Source of the DNA: Eledone cirrhosa
Taxonomy: Eukaryota
Assembly: GCA_964016885.1 (NCBI GenBank)
Contig: OZ024741.1
Coordinates: 17,980,001 to 18,044,000, forward strand
Direction: 5' to 3'
Length of the DNA stretch: 64,000 nucleotides
Below are positions 1-10,915 of this stretch, in pieces; within the stretch, counting starts at the first letter, position 1, and every line of letters begins with the position of its first letter. The position numbers and the translations under genes are program-made. Under the pieces are notes generated by a model that saw nothing but the letters and a program-made list of their open reading frames with translations, did no database searches and had not been told where the DNA came from.

Positions 1-2380
1 CGCATTTATGCTGCCTATTCTGAGTGAGGTCATGTTTAAAATAGAGTGGAAAAGATGGGAAAGACCACTTACCGTACTTTTGGTAGAGGAGGGATGGTTT
101 TTACATCCCTTTTCACTTGATCGTCTGGTGAAGGGACCGTTGAATCGTCCCTTCGGCTGGTCGTCGGCTCTTCTAAGAGAATGTCTGAATATACTCTTCG
201 ATTGATGGTTCCTCCTAGGTCCCTGAAATCACCAACTGCGTTGGGGAATTTCGTTTTGATGTTTGTGTATTGTTTCTGTGCTATTTTTAGCAGTCTTATG
301 TTAGTTGGCGTTTTGATTGGTGCTGGTATTATGTAGTCCTGTTGTGAAATGTCTGTGTGTTCAATTATGTAAGTCATTAGTTTCTTGTTGTGTGTGTTTA
401 TTGCCGTGCATTTGTTTTTCTGGGGGTGGGGTGTGGTTCTGCTATTTTCTTGTCGTTGTTGCTGGGTGTGTGTGTTTTGTTGTTGTGTTTGCGATGTTGG
501 TGCTTGTGGTGGTGGTGTTGAAGGTGTTGTTGGCGGTGGGGTTGTCGCCGGTGGTGATGGTGGTGCTGGTGTGGGTGGTGATGGTGTTGGTGGTGTTGCT
601 GCTGTGGGTCTCTTTGCAGTAGACTTTACTCTTTTCTCATTTCTTTCCTCCCTTTTCAAAGGCGACGATGCGCTGCTTCTGCGTTTGTGCCTTCTTGCGA
701 CCTTTTGCCATCCCTCTCCCACCTCACACTCCATGTCTGATTCTGTAAGGTCGGGGAGGGGTACCAGCTCCACTCTTTCACTTGTTGTTGTTGGTGATGT
801 TTGCACTGGAGTCTCTGTTGCAGCTGCATTTGGTATTGCTGTTGTTGTTGTTAATATTTCCACTGCTGCTGCTGTCTTTGATTTCCGTGGAGTGGGTATG
901 GGTGCCACGGACCTATCGTTCCTGGTTGCCGCTTGTCCTGTTGCTGGTAGCCGTGGAGCCGGATTCGGAAGGAGGGGGGTTTTCTCCTTTCTCAGGGTCT
1001 TCTCGTTGCAGAAGGCCCTGAGGTGAGTCTTCGATCCACAGCGAAAGCATTTCGGGCGTTTGCCTTCAACACTTATGGGCAGTTGAGTGCCGTTATCGAA
1101 GTCTATCACATCCGGGATAGCTTCGATGCACTCCTGGTTGGTTTGGATTAGCATCTCAATGGAGGAGCCGACCCAATCTTCTCTTACTTTTTTCTGTACT
1201 TGCAGTACAGTTGTTTTGTCCTCGATTCCGACGAGGACAGACGCGGCCAGCCAAGAAGGGGTCATTCCGGGGGGGACGTGGGTCAGTTTGACCCTCACAA
1301 TTTTTTGCCCACAGTAGGAGGGCACCAACACCATTTCCTCGCTCCTTAGGGTCACTACTGATTGGGCCTTTGCCTCCTGGGGTGTGGCAAAAAGTACGTC
1401 TACGGTGGCATATTTTTTGCCTCGGGTGATGTGCGTTTTCCGCTGCCACACAGACCCCAAGGCTTTTTGTATTTGGGCCTCTGTGGCTCTTTCCACCCTA
1501 CGGGATTTTGTACTTACTGTACGGTACGTGACCGTACAGTGCTCTTGGGTTTCGAAAAAATTTTTCGCTGCCTTGCAGATTGCTCGGTGTCCGTTCTTTG
1601 TCACCATCTTCTTCGCTTCCTCTAATTCCTCATTTGTTATGAGGATTGTTTCCAAGTTTTTCGCAATACCTGCAAATGAGATTGGTTTTTCTCTGCTGTT
1701 GTTGTTGTCGTCAGAGCTGCTGGTACTTTTGTTGTTGCTGCAGGTACTACGACTACTGCCTCCGCCGCTGTTGCTGTGGTTGTTGTTGGTGTTGCTGCTG
1801 CTAATGCTGTTGTTGTTTATGCTGCTGCTGATGCTGTTGCGGCTGCTACTGTTGTTTTCATTGTCACTGTTGCTGTTGTTATTACGGCTGCTACTGCTAT
1901 TATTCCTGACGTCAGACGAATGAACTGGGTTTTCGTATTTCCCGCACACCTGTTTCGTCGCTGTCGTCGTCGTCGTGGAGAAACCTTGCACGCTTTGCAC
2001 GAGACTTTTCTTTTCTTTCGTCACTTGCGAAATAGAAGGGAGGGAGAGAGACACATTTAAAGAAGGGAGGGAGAGAGACAATCTTCTCTCTGCTGTAGTG
2101 ATGATTGAGGAAGAAGAAGACGGAATGAGTGGGAGTGACGTATGAAATTTCTTTTTCGTAGCCATGTTGTTTTTTGTTTAAAATGAAATTTTGGGTACAA
2201 AACCCCAATAACTGGTTATTTAACCCCGAAGGGCCAAATAACGGACAGAAAGACCCCTCTCACGAGGAGGAGGGTGTCTTTATCAACAATTTGGTTCAAG
2301 TTTTAAACAATTTACAATTGTTTTAACGGTTAAAAATTACTATACCTTACAGAGCCGAGCCTCCGTCAACCATGGCATTC
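1..2380 (-). mobile_element. Tx1/L1-clade LINE family A, copy A1 (5' UTR, ORF1, first codons of ORF2; runs off window)
   Basis: Near-identical to 6099-8495; 5' end GAATGCCATGGTTGACGG abuts (TTA)n; ORF2 ATG at 33. Confidence 0.93.
69..2165 (-). CDS. LINE ORF1p, intact (Asn/Ser tract, RRM-like region, CCHC knuckle, Pro/Thr-rich tail)
   Basis: 698 aa open frame with CFRCGSKTHLRAFC; directly upstream of an APE-RT ORF2. Confidence 0.88.
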   Translation of the reverse strand: MATKKKFHTSLPLIPSSSSSIITTAERRLSLSLPSLNVSLSLPSISQVTKEKKSLVQSVQGFSTTTTTATKQVCGKYENPVHSSDVRNNSSSSRNNNSNSDNENNSSSRNSISSSINNNSISSSNTNNNHSNSGGGSSRSTCSNNKSTSSSDDNNNSREKPISFAGIAKNLETILITNEELEEAKKMVTKNGHRAICKAAKNFFETQEHCTVTYRTVSTKSRRVERATEAQIQKALGSVWQRKTHITRGKKYATVDVLFATPQEAKAQSVVTLRSEEMVLVPSYCGQKIVRVKLTHVPPGMTPSWLAASVLVGIEDKTTVLQVQKKVREDWVGSSIEMLIQTNQECIEAIPDVIDFDNGTQLPISVEGKRPKCFRCGSKTHLRAFCNEKTLRKEKTPLLPNPAPRLPATGQAATRNDRSVAPIPTPRKSKTAAAVEILTTTTAIPNAAATETPVQTSPTTTSERVELVPLPDLTESDMECEVGEGWQKVARRHKRRSSASSPLKREERNEKRVKSTAKRPTAATPPTPSPPTPAPPSPPATTPPPTTPSTPPPQAPTSQTQQQNTHTQQQRQENSRTTPHPQKNKCTAINTHNKKLMTYIIEHTDISQQDYIIPAPIKTPTNIRLLKIAQKQYTNIKTKFPNAVGDFRDLGGTINRRVYSDILLEEPTTSRRDDSTVPSPDDQVKRDVKTIPPLPKVR

Positions 2381-2445
<65 letters not shown>

Positions 2446-2458
2446 TAATAATAATAAT
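2381..2458. repeat. (AAT)n microsatellite between A1 head and A2 tail
   Basis: Direct reading. Confidence 0.97.
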
Positions 2459-2747
2459 GATTTCTTTATTGGCCACAAGGGCTGACATCAAGAAAAACAT
2501 CACAGACGGAACAGGACGGTACGATGTGGTTTTTGTGCGTGTAAATATTTTTATTATTTATATAAGAAAAGAAAAAAGACATAAAACATATATATATATA
2601 AACAATAAAATGAAAATTGAAACAATGAAAAATTCCCCAATAGGGGGGAAACCTCCGAGGGTTACTCGTGGCGAAAACCACACAAAAGACCACGGCCACC
2701 CTGACTACCAGGGCAAGCGCCCTCTCTCAATTTTTCCATCTCTCAAA

Positions 2748-5700
2748 CTACAGACGTATATTCAGAGTGGTCCCGTTCACTCGGACCATTCTCGCTACAT
2801 TCACCCACCTTTCAACAAACTTGCTAGAAAGCAGCACTTGCCTCTCCACCCTGATTTTCCTCTTCAAGTGAAACTTGAAAAAGTTAATCAGGGATTCGCC
2901 GAAGAGGAAAGTGTTTGTCTTTAATCCTTTTAACCTTGTCCACCACACAATCTCTTTCGCCATGGCCACCAGGCAGATGAAAACCGCCTGCCCTTCCTCC
3001 TCAAAGGAAGACGGCGAGACCATCTGCACAATGGACTCAGTCGACAACCGGATCAGTCCCACACGTGACAGCAACTGTTCGACATAGCTCCACAACTCAG
3101 CAATGCTCGGGCACTGAACGAGTGCGTGCACAACGGTTTCGTCGCTATGCGCGCATCTCGGACAGGCTCGGCTGACGGCACTTCCGTGCCTGTAGAGCTT
3201 ATCTCGAACCGGCAGCGCTCCCCGGTAGCACTGCCAGGCCAGGGATTTTTGGAATTTATCCATAGGCCCCGGGCTGAAAGTTCTCCGGAAGAGAGCAAGC
3301 AGCTGATCTTCTTCGACGCCCAGGATCTCTCCGAGAACGTCGTCGCTCTTCCCCTCCACTAGTCCTCTATAGAACGCCGAGGTGGATGTTCCACCGATAC
3401 TGGTGCCCAACTGGGAGAGGGCAGTGAGCTCCTGGAGACATTCCAGTTTCCAAGCGCTATCCCTCGGTCTTTTTCTGACCCAGGACTGCAGCTCCGTCAA
3501 GGAGACGAGCTGTCGGAAAATGTGCCTGGCGAACGGCGACCACATCCGTTCACCATCAAGGAAGCACCAGAGATGTCGCAGCCTCAGCGCATGTTTGCGC
3601 ATCATCAGCCATGGCATGCCCAGTCCTCCACGCAACGGGTGTTGACAGCAGATGCATCGTCTGACCATGGGAGCGCGTCCCTTCCACAAAAAGCGGAAGA
3701 GGAGGCGCTCCATTTTGGTGAGAGTTGGGCTGGAGCAAGGGACGACGGTGAGGCGGTAGCAGATGACGGATGCGATGTACGCATTCGCCACTTCCGCCCG
3801 GCCTTTCAGGGACAGCTTACTCTCAGCCCATTTCAGGGTGAGGGAGGTCACCCTGCTCGTCACCTCGTTCCAGTTTTTCTCCATCTGGAGGTCCGGTCCG
3901 AACCAGACCCCGACGCTGTCGGACGGCATGGCCTTGCCTCTCCAGGTGCCTAGCTGCAAGCCCACCGACTTTTCCTGGTTTATCTTTGCTCCTGTCACCG
4001 TTTCGTATTTCTTGAGAGCGGTGCCGAGCATCTGGACGTCTCTGGTGCTTGACACCACAACGGTGACGTCGTCAGCGTAAGCCGACTCGGATTTCCCGCA
4101 TCCTAGTTCGCGTGGGACACCCCTCATCGCCCCCAGTTTGTGCAGTAACGGCTCGAGAGCCAATACGTACAAGAGGGACGAGAGGGGACAAACCTGGCGG
4201 ACTGAGCGCATGATGCTGAACGGCTGCGACAGGTGACCGTTCACCCTCACAACTGAGCAGATGTCGCTGTACATTGCTGCGATCCAACGCCTAAAAACGG
4301 GCCCGAAACCGGCTGTCTCGAGGACCGCCGCCAGGTACCGATGGTCGACCCTATCGAATGCTTTGGATTGATCCAAGTTGATCAGGGCCCCACCCTTGCC
4401 AGGTTCCTTAACCACCCTCTCTATGATGTATCGCATGAGGTGGAGGTTGTCGTGTATGGATCTGTCCGGGATGGCGCATGTCTGCGCCTCTCCCACCAGA
4501 CCCTTGACGACAAGCGCCAACCTCGCTGCTAACACCTTGGCCAAAATCTTGAACTCTGCGTTTAGCAGAGTTATGGGCCTGAAATTATCAATAACATCCC
4601 CCTTGTTCGGGTCTTTTCTCAGCAACGCCACTGCTCCTCGGCTCACAAAACTGAGAATGCTCCCGTTCTGCTGCCAGTTGCAGTAGACGTCTGCCAAGAA
4701 GTCACCGAACAAGTCTGGCATAAATGCATAATGCTCGTAGGGCAGACCATCTAAACCTAGCGATTTACCTCTTGTGCAGTTAGCCATCGCTTCCCGTATT
4801 TCACCGGCTGTTATTGGCTTTTCGCAACACTGTGCTGCGGTCGTCGAGAGCCGAGGCAGTCCGTCGAGGAATGCACTGAAGTCCATGTCATGATCCGGGC
4901 CGCCGCCGCTCCCGAACAGTTCAGCAAAGTGCTGCTGAAAAGCTTCACACATCCGCTCGGGTTCGAGCATCACGCACCCGTTTTGGTCAGACAAAGACTG
5001 AATTGTGGCTTTATTGCGACGTCGCGCCTCTGCCACCCGGGCCCATTGGACGGCTTTTGTCCCCTCGTGTTTCAGAGCACGCGCTCTAGCTCTGACAACG
5101 CAGCCTTCGTGTTTTGCGTTGAAGAATTGGTCGAGTGCCAATCTCGCCGCAAGCACGTCGGTTGCGATGCCTGTCCTAAACGCCTCTTCTAGCTTTCTGA
5201 CTAGCTCTCACTCTACTCTATTTTCCTCTATCACTACTCCTTTGCTAAACCTAATCGACTCTATTTTAATTGCCCTTTTTAGGGCGAACCACCACCTGTT
5301 GTTGACGACCGCTCCCGTCAACGCCCGCTTAACTAATACGCTAATCCGGTCTCTGTAGGCCTTGCGCGCCGGGAAAGACGCGTTCAGCTTCCAGTAACCA
5401 GGCCCTTGTCTATGAAGTCTGTCTATGTCGATCTCACAGATCACAAATTTGTGGTCTGTGTAGTCGACTATTTTAAATTGTGGACAGCTTATACTAGCCT
5501 TATCTAGTTCCCTGCAGAATACCCTATCTAGATACGATCTGGACGACCCGATGCGGTTTGTCCATGTCCACATTGGCACATTCGGGTGATCCAGTCGATA
5601 CCTGTCAGACAGTTCAAAACGTCTGAGCAGGTTGGTGAGGCTCTTGCACCCTCCACCCCTATCCGCTAATCCCACACAGTCCCAGCGTGCATCTAAGATC

Positions 5701-6131
5701 CCGTTCCAGTCGCCCACTAACACTAAAGAGCGGGATGTTCCAAGAAAGGTCTCCAGACGCCGGAAGAAATCAGGCCGCCCTGCTCCTGTCGGGGCATAGA
5801 CGGCCACTAGCCTGAAAGCTTGCCCGTCTCCGCTGGTCACGTCCAGCACCACCAACTTACCCTCTGGGTCCAGGAAGATGGCCCGTATGGCGAGATCCAA
5901 ACCTCTCCCAAAAAGCACAGCAACTCCTCCCCCCAATCCAGGACGGCTGGGAGATGCGTACACATCGTAGCCGCCGAAGATCGGTGCGAAGGCCCGTGCT
6001 TCGGAGATTCTGGTCTCGCTGATGGCCACTACATCTATGTTTAGTGACCTGAGGTCGTTGAGCAGGTGACCCTGCTTCCATGACGACCCCAATCCACGCG
6101 CATTTATGCTGCCTATTCTGAGTGAGGTCAT
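2748..6131 (-). pseudogene. ORF2: AP endonuclease, reverse transcriptase, C-terminal Zn knuckle; frameshifted near 5200
   Basis: SINARG, SET, VYAP, GDWN, YLDR, TDH (APE); FRPITLLN, LDQSKAFDRV, YADD; CPRC..H..C. QGCPLS reads QVCPLS; 36-nt deletion relative to family B. Confidence 0.93.
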
Positions 6132-6166
6132 GTTTAAAATGGAGTGGAAAAGATGGGAAAGGCCAC

Positions 6167-8275
6167 TTACCGTACTTTTGGTAGAGGAGCGATGGTTTTT
6201 CCATCCCTTTTCACTTGATCGTCTGGTGAAGGGACCGTTGAATCGTCCCTTCGGCTGGTCGTCGGCTCTTCTATGAGTATGTCCGAATATACTCTTCGGT
6301 TGAGTGTCCCTCCTAGGACTCTGAAATCACCAACTGTGTTGGGGAATTTCGTTTTAATGTTTGTGTATTGTTTCTGTGCTATTTTTAGCAGTCTTATGTT
6401 AGTTGGCGTTTTGATTGGTGCTGGTATTATGTAGTCCTGTTGTGAAATGTCTGTGTGTTCAATTATGTAAGTCATTAGTTTCTTGTTGTGTGTATTTATT
6501 GCCGTGCATTTGTTTTTCTGGGGGTGGGGTGTGGTTCTGCTATTTTCTTGTCGTTGTTGTTGGGTGTGTGTGTTTTGTTGTTGTGTTTGCGATGTTGGTG
6601 CTTGTGGTGGTGGTGTTGAAGGTGTTGTTGGCGGTGAGGTTGTCGCCGGTGGTGATGGTGGTGCTAGTGTGGGTGGTGATGGTGTTGGTGGTGTTGCTGC
6701 TGTGAGTCTCTTTGCAGTAGCCTTTACCCTTTTTTCATTTCTTTCCTCCCTTTTCAAAGGCGACGATGCGCTGCTTCTGTGTTTGTGCCTTCTTACGACC
6801 TTTTGCCATCCCTCTCCCACCTCACACTCCATGTCTGATTCTGTGAGGTTGGGGAGGGGTACCAACTCCACTCTTTCACTTGTTGTTGTTGGTGATGTTT
6901 GCACTGGAGTCTCTGTTGCAGCTGCATTTGGTATTGCTGTTGTTGTTGTTAATACTTCCACTGCTGCTGCTGTTTTTGATTTCCGTGGCGTGGGTATGGG
7001 TGCCACGGACCTATCGTTCCTGGTTGCCGCTTGTCCTGTTGCTGGTAGCCGTGGAGCTGGTTTCGGAAGGAGGGGGGTTTTCTCCTTTCTCAGGGTCTTC
7101 TCGTTGCAGAAGGCCCTGAGGTGAGTCTTCGATCCACAGCGAAAGCATTTCGGGCGTTTGCCCTCAACACTTATGTGCAGTTGAGTGCCGTTATCGAAGT
7201 CTATCACATCCGGGATAGCTTCGATGCACTCCTGGTTGGTTTGGATTAACATCTCAATGGAGGTGCCGACCCAATCTTCTCTTACTTTTTTCTGTACTTG
7301 CAGTACAGTTGTTTTATCCTCGATTCCGACGAGGACAGACGCGGCCAGCCAAGAAGGGACCATCCCGGCGGGGACGTGCGTCAGTTTGACCCTCACAATT
7401 TTTTGCCCGCAGTAGGAGGGCACCAACACCATTTCCTCGCTCCTTAGGGTCACTAAGGATTGAGCCTTTGCCTCCTGGGGTGTGGCAAAAAGTACGTCTA
7501 CGGTGGCATATTTCTTGCCTCGGGTGATGTGCGTTTTCCGCTGCCACACAGACCCCTAGGCTTTTTGTATTTGAGCCTCTGTGGCTCTTTCAACCCTACG
7601 GGATTTTGTACTTACTGTACGGTACGTGACCGTACAGTGCTGTTGGGTTTCGAAAAATTTTTCGGCTGCCTTGCAGATTGCTCGGTGTCCAATTTTTTTT
7701 GTCACCATCTTCTTCGCTTCCTCTAATTCCTCATTTGTTATGAGGATGGTTTCCAGGTTCTTTGCGATACCTGCAAACGAGATTGGTTTTTCTTTGCTGC
7801 TGTTGTTGTTGTTGTTGTCGTCAGAGCTGCTGTTACTTTTGTTGTTGCTGCAGGTACTACGACTACTGCCGCCGCCGCTGTTGCTGTGGTTGTTGTTGTT
7901 GTTGCTGCTGCTAATGCTGTTGTTGTTTATGCTGCTGCTGATGCTGTTGCGGCTGCTACTGTTGTTTTCCTTGTCATTGTTGCTGTTGTTATTACAGCTG
8001 CTACTGCTATTATTCCTGACATCAGACGAATGAAATGGGTTTTCGTATTTCCCGCACACCTGTTTCGTCGTTGTCGTCGTCGTGGTGGAGAAATCTTGCA
8101 CGCTTTGCACGAGATTTTTCTTTTCTATCGTCGCTTGCGAAAGAGAAGGGAGGGAGAAAGACACATTTAAAGAAGGGAGAGAGAGAGACAATCTTATCTC
8201 TGCTGTAGTGACGATTGAGGAAGAAGAAGACGGAATGAGTGGGAGTGACCTATGAAAATTCTTTTTCGTAGCCAT
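6167..8275 (-). pseudogene. ORF1 of A2 with premature stop at 7556
   Basis: ORFs 7556-8275 and 6167-7549 are collinear with A1 ORF1; TTG>TAG change. Confidence 0.9.
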
Positions 8276-8495
8276 GTTGTTTTTTTTTTCTGTTTAAAAT
8301 AAATATTGGGCACAAAACCCCAATAAGCGGTTATTTAACCCCGAAGGGCCAAATAACGGGCAGAAAGACCCCTCTCACGAGGTGGAGGGTGTTTTTGTTT
8401 ACAAGTTGGTTAAAGTTTTAAACAATTTACAATTGTTATAGCGGTCAAAATTTACAATACCTTACAGAGCCGAGCCTCCGTCAACCATAGCATTC

Positions 8496-8558
<63 letters not shown>
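8496..8558. repeat. (AAT)n microsatellite
   Basis: Direct reading. Confidence 0.97.
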
Positions 8559-9350
8559 TTAGAGATCCACAGACATGGAACTGGTTGAGAAGAGGAGACC
8601 TCAAAAACGCTACAGAAGGAATGCTAATGGCTGCGCAGGAGCAGGCCCTCAAAACGAAGTGGTTGAAGCACCATATCTACAAGGAGGAGGCTAGCCCACT
8701 GTGCAGGATCTGTGGAGAGAGAGAGGAGACTGTGGCTCACATTGTATCCGAGTGTAAACACCTAGCCCAGACCCACTATAAGGGCTGGAGACACGATGTG
8801 ATGGGCAGGGTGATCCACTGGCACCTGTGCAAAGTAAACAATCTACCACATTCTGAGAAATGGTATGAGCATAGGCCAGAGGCGGTGATGGAGAACAGTC
8901 AGGTGAAGGTGCTGTGGGATTTTAGGATACAGACGGACAAAAAACTGGAACACAATAGACCTGACCTGGTGGTTGTGGACAAAGAAAAAAGATCGTGCCT
9001 GATTGTGGATGTGGCCTGCCCGTTCGACACGAGAGTGCAAGAGAAGGAGAGGGAGAAAATTAACCGATACCAGGACCTAAAGTGGGAGGTGAAAAGGATT
9101 TGGAACTGCCATGAAGTCAAAGTGATCCCGATTGTCATAGGCGCACTGGGGACTATCTCCAAAGGTTTCCAGGGATGGTTAAAGAAAATCGGCCCCTTCA
9201 CGCTTTTTGGAACGCTTCAAAAGGCATGCTTGCTTGGAACGGCAAGAACCCTCCGATACGTCCTGAATATCTGAGGCTGCAGGTAGTGGCTTGATATTCA
9301 ATCCAACGGACTTTCCAGTTAACCAACATCAATGACTGAGATTCAAGGAA
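8559..9350 (+). mobile_element. R4/Dong-like RLE LINE family D2, 5'-truncated 3' fragment
   Basis: [29 protein letters not shown]; near-identical to reverse complement of 48486-49277; (TAA)n tail. Confidence 0.92.
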
Positions 9351-9360
9351 TAACAATAAC

Positions 9361-9444
<84 letters not shown>
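9351..9444. repeat. (AAT)n shared tail between tail-to-tail D2 and Tx1-B fragments
   Basis: Direct reading. Confidence 0.95.
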
Positions 9445-9446
<2 letters not shown>

Positions 9447-9827
9447 TTTCTTTATTAACCACAAGGGTTTACATAAAGTAGACATTAAGGACAGTGCAGG
9501 ACAATGCAGGACGGTACAAATGGGCATTTCTGCGTGTAAAAAACAAAAACAGAGGATGTAACAAAAAATAACAATGAAAAATTCCCCAATAGGGGGGAGA
9601 CTTCGGAGGGACATTTGTGGAGAAAGCCCAGTAAAAAGCCACAATGACCCTGACCACCAAGGCAAGTGCCCTCTCCCAGTTTTCCACCTTTAGTTTACAG
9701 ATATATACTCAGAGTCGGCCCATTCACTCGGGCCATTCTTGCTTCTCTCACCCATCTTTCAACAAAATGCTGGGAAGAGAGCACTTCCCTCTCTACTCTG
9801 ATTTTCCTTTTCAAATGAAATTTGAAA

Positions 9828-9828
<1 letters not shown>
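9445..9828 (-). mobile_element. Tx1 family B, 5'-truncated 3' fragment
   Basis: Reverse complement of about 48076-48458; encodes FFKFHLKRKIRV...TLSIYL. Confidence 0.92.
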
Positions 9829-9914
<86 letters not shown>

Positions 9915-9962
9915 AAGAAGAAGAAGAAGAAGAAGAAGAAGAAGAAGAAGAAGGGAAGAAGA
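9829..9962. repeat. compound (AAT)n(AAG)n microsatellite
   Basis: Direct reading. Confidence 0.95.
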
Positions 9963-10915
9963 TGCACGAGGTGGTAGAAGGTCATGAAATCGCTCCCGTA
10001 AGTTTTTGATTTTTAACATATTTAAATCAATTGTGAAATAACAATTCTTAGTACAAATGTTGCATAAACCACCGAATCAAGTCCCATAAAATTTCGGATC
10101 CATATTATATTGTTATATCGCTCAAATATTCAATTTTGTATTATATATTTTGTATTAAAAAAAAGAAAATGGTTATAAATGGAAGAAAACACCCTCTGTC
10201 TACACTATATAGAACAGCCAAATAACAGCAATTTCACCAACACCAGAAACTTGATACACCACCTACCCCATCACACTAAATATAACAGCCAGATAACGGC
10301 AATTTCACCACCACCACCACCAATCCCAGCATCATAATAATAATTACTATTATTATTGTCTCAAGTTTTAACAAAATGTTTAATTCCAATTTTACGGGAA
10401 TATGTCAACACAATATATATTAAACATACGAACACAAACTCATAGATACTACATATCACAAAACTCAGTAACGACAACGCCACCGCCGCCATCACTCTAT
10501 CCATCATTGCTACCACTATCCCATCACCGCCGCCACCACTCCTTCATTGCTACCACCACTATTCCCCTGTTAACTTGAGAGAGAAAGGGGAAGGTGGCGG
10601 TATCACTAGACAAGGGAGAGGCTAGCAAAAGATATAAATAGATTGACTTAGTGACCTGGCCACCGGCCAAACGTCAACATCAACAACTATGGGACTGCTG
10701 GCTCACCCCTTCCTCACCAACAATATAAAAAGCCCCGGCACCACCACCGACATAGCCTACAACAATAACAGGCAACTTCAGCAAAAAGTATATTATATTA
10801 TTGTAATGCACTGGGTGATTGCTGGCCTTGTGCCTGGAGTGGAGACAATTATTAATAATTTCATTCTTAAGCCACGCAATGCTCACATTAAGGAACCACT
10901 CATGATAATAACAAT

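Larger units (their letters stand above)
2459..8495 (-). mobile_element. Tx1/L1-clade LINE family A, full-length decayed copy A2
   Basis: 5' UTR, ORF1, ORF2 and 3' end CCTTGTGGCCAATAAAGAAATCA-(TTA)n; (TTA)n on both sides. Confidence 0.95.

Noticed and set aside
317-2060. Hydrophobic antisense ORFs over ORF1 (and equivalents in other copies)
   Set aside because: Shadows of low-complexity ORF1 codons; no independent motifs.
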